Source: an uncultured Gammaproteobacteria bacterium (GTDB lineage: Bacteria; Patescibacteriota; Patescibacteriia; Patescibacteriales; BS150m-G62). Taken from it: 64,000 nucleotides of DNA. Below the pieces are notes generated by a model. That model was not told the DNA's origin. It was given only the letters and a program-made list of their open reading frames with translations, and did no database searches. The DNA is taken from assembly GCA_964569045.1 (NCBI GenBank), contig CAZMSR010000003.1:23492-87491 (forward strand), read 5' to 3'. A program made the translations under genes and the position numbers. Shown in pieces: positions 19,733 through 29,941 of the stretch (the stretch's first letter is position 1; each line of letters starts with the position of its first letter).

Positions 19733-21253
19733 ATGTTTAAATTAGTTAATATAATTAACAAAAAGGTGGTTGCAGTACTTGTGGCTATTTGTGCATTAGA
19801 ATTATTGTCTTTTTTGGTATTTATTGGTGGGAATTTTGGAGGTGTTACTTTTTTTTGTTTAAATTTGGTTTTTTTTGTAATTTGTTTATGGCGATTTGAA
19901 ATAGCTTTTTGGGTTTTAATGGTTGAGCTTGTGATTGGATCAAAAGGATATTTATTTTATTTTGAAGGCGATGGTTTGATTTTTCCAATAAGAATTTCTT
20001 TTTGGTTGATTTTAATGAGTGTTTGGATGGGAAAAATTTTGATAATTTTTAAAAATAATAAAAAAGAAGTTGTAAGTCAAGTCCCTTTTTTTAAATCTAT
20101 CTATTTTAATTATTATATAGCTCTTGGGGTTTTTGTGTTAATAGGTTTGTTTAATGGTTATTTAAATAAAAATGAGTTAAATAATGTTTTTTTTGATTTT
20201 AATGCTTGGTTGTATTTTCTTTTGATTTTTCCTGCTTCTTATGTGTTGCGTAATAAAAAAATGATTTATGATTTTAAAGACGTGTTTATTGGTGCAGTAA
20301 CTTGGCTCTTGGTTAAAACATTTTTAGTATTATATTTATTTTCACATAATTTTTCTTTCTTACCTGCTGTGTATAAGTGGATTCGAATTACCGGCGTTGG
20401 AGAGATAACTAGGGTGCAAGATGGTTTTTATAGGATTTTTTTTCAATCTCATGTATTTATTTTAATAGCTTTTTTTCTGGTTTTTTCGTTTATTGTTAAA
20501 AATGGATTTTTTTTAAAAAAAATAAAAAGTAAAAGAAGTATATTTTTTTTATTTGTGCTGAGTGGCCTGTTATCGATTGTAATTATTACTATGTCTAGAA
20601 GTTTTTGGGTTAGTATTGTGGCTGGATTATTTGCTATGTTTTTTTTGCAAATATTTGTTTTAAAGTTAGAATTTAGAAAGATAGTTTTTAGTCAAATTTA
20701 TTTATTAATTTCATTTATTATTGGTTTATTTTTTATTATATTGATTGTGAAGTTTCCTTTACCTAAATCGGTGGGGGATTATAGTACTACTAATTTGCTT
20801 GCTGAACGTGCCAAACTTGTAAAAAATGAGGCAGCAATATCTTCGCGTTGGTCATTATTGCCAGTGTTATGGCAGGAAATTAAAGTTGCGCCGTTTATTG
20901 GGAATGGTTTTGGTTCAACAGTTACTTATTTAAGTAGTGATCCAAGAGTACTAGAGACCTCAGTTAATGGTAAGTATACAACTTACGCTTTTGAATGGGC
21001 TTGGCTTGATATATGGCTCAAAATTGGTTTGCTTGGATTATTGTCTTATTTGGTTTTAGTTAGTAAGCTTTTGAAGGATGGGTTGAGGCGTGTCAAGAAC
21101 TGTGATAATTCTTTTTTGTTTTTAGGTTTAGGTTTGAGTTTATTTAGTGTTATTGTAGTTAATGTTTTTACTCCTTACTTAAATCATCCTTTGGGTATTG
21201 GGTTTTTGATTGTAATGATAGTATTGTTAGGTGATTCTGTATTGAAAAAATAA
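19733..21253 (+). CDS. O-antigen ligase/polymerase-family membrane protein
   Basis: About 12 TM helices, T.SRS.W, SR...........PFIGNGFG motifs. Confidence 0.75.
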   Translation: MFKLVNIINKKVVAVLVAICALELLSFLVFIGGNFGGVTFFCLNLVFFVICLWRFEIAFWVLMVELVIGSKGYLFYFEGDGLIFPIRISFWLILMSVWMGKILIIFKNNKKEVVSQVPFFKSIYFNYYIALGVFVLIGLFNGYLNKNELNNVFFDFNAWLYFLLIFPASYVLRNKKMIYDFKDVFIGAVTWLLVKTFLVLYLFSHNFSFLPAVYKWIRITGVGEITRVQDGFYRIFFQSHVFILIAFFLVFSFIVKNGFFLKKIKSKRSIFFLFVLSGLLSIVIITMSRSFWVSIVAGLFAMFFLQIFVLKLEFRKIVFSQIYLLISFIIGLFFIILIVKFPLPKSVGDYSTTNLLAERAKLVKNEAAISSRWSLLPVLWQEIKVAPFIGNGFGSTVTYLSSDPRVLETSVNGKYTTYAFEWAWLDIWLKIGLLGLLSYLVLVSKLLKDGLRRVKNCDNSFLFLGLGLSLFSVIVVNVFTPYLNHPLGIGFLIVMIVLLGDSVLKK

Positions 21254-21531
21254 AGCAGTTGTATAAATTTGATAATTGTTAATGTGAGTGATATTGTTAA
21301 TAGTTATTAAGATAATGAATATTTATTTTTTTGAAATAATTTAATTAGCTATATTTATACTAATGGGTTAGTAATGCTGTTAGCATTTTATTTAGCTAAA
21401 AAATTTAAATATACTGCATATTTGTTTAGAAATGTATTGTGTAAATAGATATGCTGGATTAAGTTGATTTATTTATTATTTGTTCGTTGGTAAGTTTTGT
21501 TTAACATTCTTTCGGTTTAAGGAGAGTAGTT

Positions 21532-22569
21532 ATGAAAAGGATTAGAGATGAATTAGATGGTACTGTTACTTTTTTAAAAAAGGGTCAGTATGGTCTTGAG
21601 CAAAATTTAGTTTTTTTTTGGTGGATCTTTGATAATACAATAGGAGATGTTTTTGCAAGAATACGCGAAGAAAAGTCACTTTTTGTAATGTTGAATAGTT
21701 TGAGTAGTGATGAAAGAGATAGATGGTTTCAAGATTTAGTATGGAGAAAGAAAAAAATAGCCAAACTAAGAACTAATTTTGGTAGAGGCTTGCCAGAGTT
21801 ATTCCAAATTGAATCAGTTTTTCTTAACAGAAGTAACCCATTAATGATGGAGTTTTGTAAAAAAGTGGGCAATGCTGAAGCTCTTGATATAGTGTACAAC
21901 GCTCTATTGAGTTTTTTTCTTAATGAAAAAGTATTTACTCCAGAGCATTCAATGCCAAAGTTTTTAGATAGATTTCATTTTAGTTGTCCAAATGGTCAAT
22001 CAGTTCGAAATAGATATAGGATAGTAAAGGAAATATATAAAACTTGGATTCCAAGGTGTACTTTGTCAATTGCATGCGGTTCAGCTCAAGCATTAATTCA
22101 TGGTTTAGCTGAATTTTTTTCTGAAGATGAACGTGAAGATATGGTGCTATGTTTGAGCGATGAGAGTGAAAATGCAATAAATATTGCTAGAAAAAAGGCT
22201 AATTTTTTAGGGGTATCAAGTAAAGTAGAGTTTATTAAAAGTGCTCATGGGCATTTGTTTAATTTTGTTGGATCAAGGAAGTTTAATTGTGTTGAGGCTT
22301 GCGGAATTTTAGATTATTTACCAGACAGATATGCAATTCAATTAATAAGATTTGCTTTTAGTATTTTGGAAAGTAATGGTATATTAATACTTTCTAATAT
22401 GAGTGAAACAAGGGGCGCAGTGTGGTTAAGGAAAGTATATAATTGGGAAATAATTTATCGTACTTATGATGAGTTTATTGCTCTTATAGAAAAGGCCGGT
22501 GGTAAAAAAATTACGGTTTTTATAGAGCCGTGGGGTATTCATCCAGTAGCATTAGTTCGAAATGCTTAA
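21532..22569 (+). CDS. Class I SAM-dependent methyltransferase, PhcB-like
   Basis: AAGGAG SD; motifs ALDIVY, SVRNR, LSIACGSA, GILDYLPD, W.IIYRT. Confidence 0.75.
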   Translation: MKRIRDELDGTVTFLKKGQYGLEQNLVFFWWIFDNTIGDVFARIREEKSLFVMLNSLSSDERDRWFQDLVWRKKKIAKLRTNFGRGLPELFQIESVFLNRSNPLMMEFCKKVGNAEALDIVYNALLSFFLNEKVFTPEHSMPKFLDRFHFSCPNGQSVRNRYRIVKEIYKTWIPRCTLSIACGSAQALIHGLAEFFSEDEREDMVLCLSDESENAINIARKKANFLGVSSKVEFIKSAHGHLFNFVGSRKFNCVEACGILDYLPDRYAIQLIRFAFSILESNGILILSNMSETRGAVWLRKVYNWEIIYRTYDEFIALIEKAGGKKITVFIEPWGIHPVALVRNA

Positions 22570-22575
22570 GAATTT

Positions 22576-22608
22576 GGGCTGTAAAGATATTTTTTGCAGT
22601 CTTTTTTT
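22576..22608 (+). terminator. Intrinsic terminator after methyltransferase
   Basis: GGGCTGTAAAGA/TTTTTGCAGTCT stem followed by T-run. Confidence 0.6.
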
Positions 22609-22638
22609 ATTTGCTTAAAAAAATGATATAATAAATAT

Positions 22639-24810
22639 ATGACATATTATTCGATTTCAGCTTTAATTAATGCTTTAGTTAGTATATTGCTTGGGGCTTT
22701 TGTGTTGCATAGGAATTATATAAGAAAAATTAATAGGGCTGTATTTTTTTGGTGTTTTTCTGTATTTTTTTGGAGTTTTGCATATTTTGTGTGGCAGATG
22801 AAAGGTGATAAACAGAGTGCGTTATTATGGGTTAAAATATTAATGCTTGGTGCTGTATGGGTCCCTGTTGCTTATTTTAGGGTTGTGACTGTTTTTTTGG
22901 AAAAAGAGAAAGAAAAAAAGAATTTAACATTGTTTGTTAGTGCGCTTGCAGTAATTTTTAGCTTGTTGCTTTTAACACCATTAATGGTGTTAAAAGTAGA
23001 GCCTGTCAGTGGTTTTTCTTTTTGGCCAAAGCCTGGGATAGCTTATCATTTTTTTCTTTTTTATTTTGTTTGCTTGAGTTTATATAGTGTTTATTTGGCT
23101 GTTAAAGCACTTAAATCTAGACTGTCACCATTAAAAAAATTGCAGATTCGTTATATGATTCTTGGTATTGCAATTAGTATTATTGCCGGGTCAACAAATT
23201 ATTTTTTATGGTATGATATACCAATTAAGCCTTATGGAAATATTTTTGTTTCAACATATGTTCTTTTTACCTCGTATGCGATTATTCGTTATAGATTGCT
23301 AGGTATTAGAGTTATAGCTTCTAGAATTTATGTTTATGTGATGATTGGACTTGTGTCATATTGTTCTTTTTATTTTATTGTTTTTATTGATGAATATTTT
23401 TTTGGTGGAGCTTTTACGGCAAGAGCTATGAGTGTTGGGATTATTTTTGCATTAATCTATGGCTTGCTCTTTTTGGCGCTTTTGAATAAGATTCAAGAAT
23501 CTAGTGATATTTTATTTTTTCGTGGTCAAAACCCAAGAAAAATTTTTAAAGACCTGGGGTTAAGACTAAATAGTGTTGTGGATATTAAACAAATATTAAG
23601 GATTTTATCATTTGAGTTTAGGCGAATTTTGGCAGTAGATGATGTCAGTGTCGTGCTTATAGAAGAGAGAAAAAGCAATTATGCAAATAGTAAGGTGAGA
23701 ATTAAGTGTACGCCGATTTTTGGTAAATTAATAAAATTAAAAAAGGAAAGATACGCTTGTGTTTTTAAAAATATTATTAAAATAAAATCAGTATTTTTAA
23801 AAGAAGAGTTGGTGGAAAGTCGTGAAAGTAAAGATTTGGTGATAGCAAAGGAACTTGAAAAATATAAGTTTGAGGTTGTTGCTCCTCTTGTTGTACAATC
23901 AAAAGTGATTGGTTTAATACTGCTTGGGAAAAAAATATCTGATCAAGCTTATACAAAGGATGATATAGAGTTTCTGGAAGTAATTAGTTCGCAGGTTGCT
24001 GCATCAATATCTAACGCAATGCTTTATGAGAAAATTGAGAAGTTTAACAAGGATTTGCAGAAAAAAATTGAGTCTCAAACTAGAGATATTAAGAATAAAC
24101 AAGAAAGATTGCATACTTTATTAAATATGCGTTCTGAATTTTTAGATATTACTTCTCATCAATTGCGTACCCCTGTATCTGTTATTAAAGGAGTTTTAAG
24201 TATGCTTGAAGAAGGTTCTGTTCCAAAATCGAGGATTAAAGAGTTTATGAGTATGGCTTTTAATAAGTCCTTGAAGTTAGAACAAATTGTGGATGAGATA
24301 TTGCGCGCCTCTGAAATGGATTCAGAGAGATTTGAGCTTAACTTATCTCCGGTTGATATTTTGCCACTAATTCAAGAAATTTATTCAGAAAAATTGTCTA
24401 TTGCTAAAAGGAATGGTGTTGAGTTGATTCTTGAATTACCAAAAGTTGAATCATTAAAAGTTATGAGTGATTTGAAATATATAAAGCATGTGATTATTAA
24501 TCTAGTTAATAATGCTCTTCAGTATACGCCAAAAGGTAGTATTAAAATTCGAGTTAAAAGTTTAGGTGGGCGTGCAATGGTTGAAATTGAAGATACTGGA
24601 ATAGGAATTCCTAAAAAAGATATTAAAAAATTATACAAAAAATTTTCAAGAGTTAATAATGCTAAAGAAATATTTACAGATGGCTCAGGTCTTGGTCTCT
24701 ATATTATTAAAAAAATTATTGACGCACACAAAGGAGCTAAGGTTAAAATTAAAAAAACAGAGGTTAATAATGGCACAACAATGGTAGTGAGCTTGCCTAT
24801 AATTAAATAA
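22639..24810 (+). CDS. Sensor histidine kinase (7TM N-terminal region, GAF, HisKA, HATPase_c)
   Basis: Multi-TM N-terminus, GAF (APL....VIGLILLG....YT..D..FL), SHQLRTP H-box, NLVNNA, DTGIGI, GSGLGL. Confidence 0.92.
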   Translation: MTYYSISALINALVSILLGAFVLHRNYIRKINRAVFFWCFSVFFWSFAYFVWQMKGDKQSALLWVKILMLGAVWVPVAYFRVVTVFLEKEKEKKNLTLFVSALAVIFSLLLLTPLMVLKVEPVSGFSFWPKPGIAYHFFLFYFVCLSLYSVYLAVKALKSRLSPLKKLQIRYMILGIAISIIAGSTNYFLWYDIPIKPYGNIFVSTYVLFTSYAIIRYRLLGIRVIASRIYVYVMIGLVSYCSFYFIVFIDEYFFGGAFTARAMSVGIIFALIYGLLFLALLNKIQESSDILFFRGQNPRKIFKDLGLRLNSVVDIKQILRILSFEFRRILAVDDVSVVLIEERKSNYANSKVRIKCTPIFGKLIKLKKERYACVFKNIIKIKSVFLKEELVESRESKDLVIAKELEKYKFEVVAPLVVQSKVIGLILLGKKISDQAYTKDDIEFLEVISSQVAASISNAMLYEKIEKFNKDLQKKIESQTRDIKNKQERLHTLLNMRSEFLDITSHQLRTPVSVIKGVLSMLEEGSVPKSRIKEFMSMAFNKSLKLEQIVDEILRASEMDSERFELNLSPVDILPLIQEIYSEKLSIAKRNGVELILELPKVESLKVMSDLKYIKHVIINLVNNALQYTPKGSIKIRVKSLGGRAMVEIEDTGIGIPKKDIKKLYKKFSRVNNAKEIFTDGSGLGLYIIKKIIDAHKGAKVKIKKTEVNNGTTMVVSLPIIK

Positions 24811-24968
24811 TTATATTAAAAAATAAAACTAACTTTAGAAAAGAAATTTTTAATAAAGTGAATTTTATTTATAGAATAATTGTTAAAAGAATAAAATAGC
24901 TAGAAAAAGACGAGAATGCATAATTTTTTTATTTATGTTAAATTATAATTAAGGAGGGTAAAAGTAAT

Positions 24969-25346
24969 ATGCCAAGAAAAAAAACACAAATATTAATAGT
25001 AGAGGATGATCCAATGCAGGTTTTGATGTATTCTATTGAGTTTGAGCAATTTAATTATGAGGTTAGTATTGCTAAAAGTGGAAAAGAAGGGTTGCTTGTT
25101 ATTGAGTCATTAAAACCTAAATTGATATTATTAGACTTGCTTTTAAGTGATATGAAAGGAACAGATATTTTGCAGATTTTGCGAGATAATGGTAATATTA
25201 AAGATGTCAACATAGTAATAATGACAAATTTTACAAAAAAAGGTTTAGCTGAAGAATGTTTAGAGTTGGGGGCGCGAGATTTTTTATTAAAAAGTGAATA
25301 TACTCCAAGAGAGCTTGTGAAAAAAGTTACTAAAGAGTATTTATAA
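24969..25346 (+). CDS. Single-domain response regulator (receiver)
   Basis: ILIVEDD, LLDL, MTN, FLLK; SD AAGGAGG. Confidence 0.92.
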   Translation: MPRKKTQILIVEDDPMQVLMYSIEFEQFNYEVSIAKSGKEGLLVIESLKPKLILLDLLLSDMKGTDILQILRDNGNIKDVNIVIMTNFTKKGLAEECLELGARDFLLKSEYTPRELVKKVTKEYL

Positions 25347-25347
25347 G

Positions 25348-26145
25348 GTGTCAATGCTAGATCAAATACAGAAGAAAGATAAAAAAATATACTCAAAAGG
25401 TAGAAATAAAAAAGCTGTTTTAATATTAAATGGTTTTGTTTCACCTTTATACGAAACTAATTTTATTTTTAATTATTTTAAGAGAAAAGGATTTAGCGTA
25501 GCTAGACCAAAGTTTCATGTAGTATGCAAGAAAGGTGAGCATAAAAACAAATGTAATTCAGATGAATGGCTAGTTGAATCTAAGGCTTGGCTAAAGGAAC
25601 TTCAACGAGAAGCTGATGATATTTATATAATCGGAACTTCTTTTGGATCTAATTTGGGAATTTCTTTGCTTGTTAGTAATAATAAAAAGGTTCGCGGGTT
25701 TGTAGGAATAGAAATTCCTGTTATGTTTAATTGTAAGTTTTGGGTTTTGTCTAGAGTTGTGCAGCCGATATTTAGATTATTTTGTGTAAATAAAGTAAAA
25801 AAAAGCAATATATATTGTAGAGGTAATAAAGTAGCACATGAATTAAAAAGAGGAGATTATTCGTTTGTTTCTGTGCGGTTGGCAGGAATGATAAGAGAAT
25901 ATGTGTCTAAAAGAACTAAGAGTGAATTATTTAAAGTTAAAACTCCTTTTTTAATAATTCAAGCCGTTAAGAGTGATATTTTAAGTAAGAATAACGCAAG
26001 ATATATTTTTAATAATATAAAATCAAAACAAAAAGATGTGTATTATGCACCGGTTGAAAATTATGATTTTAATTTATTAGATGATGAAGGAAAGATAAAG
26101 ATGCTTGAGAAGATTTTTAAATTTATTAAAAATATTAAGAAGTAA
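25348..26145 (+). CDS. Alpha/beta hydrolase, carboxylesterase-like, catalytic His apparently replaced
   Basis: GTSFG nucleophile elbow, PFLIIQA..D; LNGF in place of LHGF; ENYDF where the catalytic His is expected. Confidence 0.75.
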   Translation: MSMLDQIQKKDKKIYSKGRNKKAVLILNGFVSPLYETNFIFNYFKRKGFSVARPKFHVVCKKGEHKNKCNSDEWLVESKAWLKELQREADDIYIIGTSFGSNLGISLLVSNNKKVRGFVGIEIPVMFNCKFWVLSRVVQPIFRLFCVNKVKKSNIYCRGNKVAHELKRGDYSFVSVRLAGMIREYVSKRTKSELFKVKTPFLIIQAVKSDILSKNNARYIFNNIKSKQKDVYYAPVENYDFNLLDDEGKIKMLEKIFKFIKNIKK

Positions 26146-26151
26146 TAACAG

Positions 26152-26180
26152 TTGATATATATAAAAAAATAGAGTATATT
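26152..26180 (+). promoter_or_regulatory. Sigma70-type promoter of greA-lysS-serS
   Basis: TTGATA-N17-TATATT. Confidence 0.5.
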
Positions 26181-26230
26181 AAAAGATATTAATTATTTAA
26201 CATCCTCGAATAAGAGGTTGATGTTTTTTT

Positions 26231-26686
26231 ATGTCAGATCATGTAATAACAAAAGATGCTCTTTTGAAGTTAAAAGAAGAGCTTAAAGTTTTAACCACAA
26301 TAAAAAGGCGAGAAATTGCAGATCGTATACAGCGTGCTAAAGATTTGGGTGATTTAAGTGAGAATGCTGAATATTCAGAAGCAAAGGAAGCTCATGCTTT
26401 TAATGAAGGTAGAATATCAGAAATTCAAGTGTTAATAAAAAATGCAACTGTTGTAGAAGGAGCAACTGGAAATAAGATCGGACTTGGATCTATTGTGCAA
26501 GTACAAGTAAAGAATAAAAAAAAGGAGTATGAAATAGTGAGTTTTAATGAAGCAGATCCAATTAATAATAAAATATCTAATGAATCACCAATTGGGCAAG
26601 CTTTAGTTGGTAAAAAAAGAGGTGACGTAGTAACAGTTAATACCCCAAAAGGAGATTTGGAGTATACAATACTTGAGGTTAAATAA
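26231..26686 (+). CDS. greA: Transcription elongation factor GreA
   Basis: GDLSENAEY, ISNESPIGQAL. Confidence 0.97.
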   Translation: MSDHVITKDALLKLKEELKVLTTIKRREIADRIQRAKDLGDLSENAEYSEAKEAHAFNEGRISEIQVLIKNATVVEGATGNKIGLGSIVQVQVKNKKKEYEIVSFNEADPINNKISNESPIGQALVGKKRGDVVTVNTPKGDLEYTILEVK

Positions 26687-26702
26687 AGTGTAATTATATT
26701 TT

Positions 26703-28175
26703 ATGAGTGAAGTAAAAAGTGAGCGCGAAGATAGAATAAAAAAACTTGATGAGCTTAAAAAATTAAATATTAATCCATTTCCCGCTAAGGTAAATAGAAC
26801 TCATACTATTAGAAATATTCTTAAGTCTTTTGTTGATTTTGAAAAAACTAAGGAAGATGTGACTATTGCCGGACGTTTAAGGAGTAATAGAGCTCATGGT
26901 AATTTAAGTTTTGCGCAAATTGATGATGGGTCTGGTAAAATTCAAATAGCTATTTCAAAAAAAGAAGTTGGCGTTGAACAATATAAGCAGTTTATTAAAT
27001 TAATAGATACGGCTGATTTTATTGAAGTAAAAGGTGAGTGTTTTGTAACGCATAAAGGTGAAAATAGTATTTTAGTTAAAAAATTGCAAATATTAACAAA
27101 AGCAATTCGTCCATTGCCAGATAAATTTCATGGATTAGTGGATGAGGAAGAAAGGTATAGAAAAAGATATTTAGATATTTTAATTAACCCTGAGGTGCGT
27201 GAAATAATAGAAAAAAAAGCAAAGTTTTGGAATTCTGTTAGAAATTTTTTGACTAATAAAGGTTTTTTGGAAGTGGAAACGCCTGTTTTAGAAACTACAA
27301 CAGGTGGTGCCGATGCTAGGCCATTTATTACTCATCATAATGCATTAGATATAGATGTGTATTTGCGTATTTCAGCTGGAGAACTATGGCAAAAAAAATT
27401 AATGGTGGCTGGATTTGAAAAAACTTTTGAAATAGCTAGAATTTTTAGAAATGAAGGCATGAGTGCTGAACATTTGCAAGATTATACTCAGATGGAGTTT
27501 TCTTGGGCGTATGCTGATTATAAGATGGGCATGGAATTAACCGAGGAACTTTATAAATATATTGCTAAAGAGACTTTTGGCACGCTTAAATTTAAAATAG
27601 GTAAACATAATGTTGATTTAAGTAAGAAGTGGGAGACTTATGATTACATAAGCACTATTAAAAAATTTACTAAAGTAGATGTATCTACCGCTAGTTTGGT
27701 GGATATTGAAAGCAAATTAAAGGAGTTAAGAGTTGGTTATGATAAAAAAGGCTTTAATATAACACGCGCTATTGATAATTTATGGAAGTATTGTCGAAAA
27801 CAAATAAGTGGACCTGGTTTTTTAGTAGGTGTGCCGGTTGAAATTTCACCGCTTGCTAAATTAGATGAAAATAATCCTCGAATTACTCAAAGATTTCAGC
27901 CTATAATAGCTGGGTCAGAATTAGGAAATGGCTATTCAGAGCTTAATGATCCAATTGATCAAGAAAAGAGATTTTGCGAACAAGATAAATTACGTAAAGA
28001 AGGTGATGATGAGGCTCAAATGCATGCTTATGATTTTGTAGAAGCTTTGGAATATGGGATGCCTCCAACATGTGGCTTTGGCATGAGTGAACGCGTATTT
28101 GCGTTTTTAGCAAACAAAACAGTTCGTGAATGCCAAATTTTTCCATTGATGCGACCAAGGCGATATGATGATTAA
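26703..28175 (+). CDS. lysS: Lysine--tRNA ligase (class II)
   Basis: RYRKRYLD, GGADARPF, FRNEG, ELNDP, GMPPTCGFG. Confidence 0.97.
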   Translation: MSEVKSEREDRIKKLDELKKLNINPFPAKVNRTHTIRNILKSFVDFEKTKEDVTIAGRLRSNRAHGNLSFAQIDDGSGKIQIAISKKEVGVEQYKQFIKLIDTADFIEVKGECFVTHKGENSILVKKLQILTKAIRPLPDKFHGLVDEEERYRKRYLDILINPEVREIIEKKAKFWNSVRNFLTNKGFLEVETPVLETTTGGADARPFITHHNALDIDVYLRISAGELWQKKLMVAGFEKTFEIARIFRNEGMSAEHLQDYTQMEFSWAYADYKMGMELTEELYKYIAKETFGTLKFKIGKHNVDLSKKWETYDYISTIKKFTKVDVSTASLVDIESKLKELRVGYDKKGFNITRAIDNLWKYCRKQISGPGFLVGVPVEISPLAKLDENNPRITQRFQPIIAGSELGNGYSELNDPIDQEKRFCEQDKLRKEGDDEAQMHAYDFVEALEYGMPPTCGFGMSERVFAFLANKTVRECQIFPLMRPRRYDD

Positions 28176-28207
28176 GAAAATTGATAAATAAAATGAAATA
28201 AGATTAT

Positions 28208-29515
28208 ATGTTGGATATAAAGTTTATCCGCGAAAATGCGGAACTAGTTAAAAAGTCAATAAACGATAAAAATATTAAACTAAATCTTGATGATTTATTA
28301 TTACTTGATAACAAAAGGCGAGGAATATTAGGAGAATTAGATAAGTTAAATTCTCAGAAAAATGAAATAGCAAATAAATCTAAAGGTGGGATACCAACTC
28401 AAGAAGATATTGAAAATGGTAAGAAAATAAAAAATGAGATTAGTGCTTTGAATGAAGAATTAAAAAAAATAGATAATAATTATGTTGAGTTATTATTTCA
28501 AGTTCCGAATATAACATCAAATGATACACCGGTTGGTAAAGATGAGTCTGAAAATAAAATATTGCGAATATGTGGAGATATTCCTAAATTTGATTTTAAG
28601 GCACTTGACCATATGGATCTCGGAGAATTACATGGAATTATCGACACTGAAAAGTCTGCAAAAATATCAGGCTCTCGCTTTAATTATCTCTTTAAAGAAG
28701 CTGTTTTAATACAATTTGCGCTATTGCAATTTTGTTTTGATGTTCTTACAAATAAAAATATAATTAGCAATATTGCAAAAAAAACTAATAATCCTTTTGA
28801 TAAGCCGTTTATTCCTGTTATTACTCCGGTTATTGCAAAAACAGAGATAATGAAAAAAATGGATCGATTTGATCCAATAGAAGATAGATATTATTTGGAA
28901 AAGGATGATTCTTTGCTTATAGGTTCTACTGAGCACACATTAGGTCCTTTGCATATGAATGAAATAATTTCTGAAAAAGATTTACCAATTAGATATGTTG
29001 GTTATTCTTCTGCTTTTAGACGAGAGGCTGGTTCATATGGGAAGGATGTGTCAGGGATATTAAGACGTCATCAATTTGAACAATCAGAGATTGAAACATT
29101 TGTGCAGCCTGAATATGGATTAGTGGAGCAGGAATTTATAGTAGCTGTACAAGAATATCTTATGAGTCAATTAAAATTACCTTATCAATTAGTTTTAAAA
29201 TGCACGGGAGATATGGGTGGTAAAGCAGATTTTAGAGCTATGGATATAGAGTGCTGGATGCCCGGTCAAAATAAGTACCGTGAAACTCATACATCTGATT
29301 ACATGACAGATTTTCAAGCTAGGCGTTTAAATACTCGTTATAGAAAAAGTGACGGCAGTATTGAATTTGTTCATATGAATGATGCAACAGGTTTTGCAAT
29401 GGGGCGTATTTTAATAGCAATTATTGAAAATTATCAACAAGCTGATGGTTCTATTCTGATTCCGGAAGTGCTACATAAATACATGTCTGAAGCTAAAATT
29501 GAAGTTAAGAAATAA
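28208..29515 (+). CDS. serS: Serine--tRNA ligase
   Basis: MLDIKFIREN, FRREAGSYG, HQF, DIECWMP, ENYQ. Confidence 0.97.
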   Translation: MLDIKFIRENAELVKKSINDKNIKLNLDDLLLLDNKRRGILGELDKLNSQKNEIANKSKGGIPTQEDIENGKKIKNEISALNEELKKIDNNYVELLFQVPNITSNDTPVGKDESENKILRICGDIPKFDFKALDHMDLGELHGIIDTEKSAKISGSRFNYLFKEAVLIQFALLQFCFDVLTNKNIISNIAKKTNNPFDKPFIPVITPVIAKTEIMKKMDRFDPIEDRYYLEKDDSLLIGSTEHTLGPLHMNEIISEKDLPIRYVGYSSAFRREAGSYGKDVSGILRRHQFEQSEIETFVQPEYGLVEQEFIVAVQEYLMSQLKLPYQLVLKCTGDMGGKADFRAMDIECWMPGQNKYRETHTSDYMTDFQARRLNTRYRKSDGSIEFVHMNDATGFAMGRILIAIIENYQQADGSILIPEVLHKYMSEAKIEVKK

Positions 29516-29517
29516 TT

Positions 29518-29751
29518 ATGGAGCAAATAACATTAAATTCAACATTAATAACTGTAATTATTGCTATTTCTGTTTGGAGTATCCCGTGGAAAGGTTTGGC
29601 TTTATGGAGAGCTGCTAGACTAGAGAGAAAATGGTGGTTTATAACGCTTTTAATAATAAATACTGCAGGAATTTTAGATATAATATATTATTTTGTAATT
29701 AGTAAAAAATGTAAAAACAAGGATGGTGAAAATAAAAATGTGCAAGAATGA
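29518..29751 (+). CDS. DUF5652-like small membrane protein
   Basis: WKGLALWRAA....WF......NT.GIL.IIY pattern. Confidence 0.7.
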   Translation: MEQITLNSTLITVIIAISVWSIPWKGLALWRAARLERKWWFITLLIINTAGILDIIYYFVISKKCKNKDGENKNVQE

Positions 29752-29938
29752 TAATAGACAGGGTGTTTATTTAATAACTCGTGAATTTTTTTATACATTA
29801 ACAATGGCGTTAGTGTGTTTTTTTATAATGGAGTTAATTTGGCCTAGAATTGTTTTATCATATATTAATATTAATATAGTATTGATTTTTTGGGTTATTA
29901 ATGCTAGTGTTATGTTTATTGTAAATGATAAATTTTGA
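29723..29938 (+). CDS. Small hypothetical membrane protein
   Basis: Two hydrophobic segments, E..WP; fills the operon gap; start may be 29738. Confidence 0.55.
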   Translation: MVKIKMCKNDNRQGVYLITREFFYTLTMALVCFFIMELIWPRIVLSYININIVLIFWVINASVMFIVNDKF

Positions 29939-29941
29939 TTT

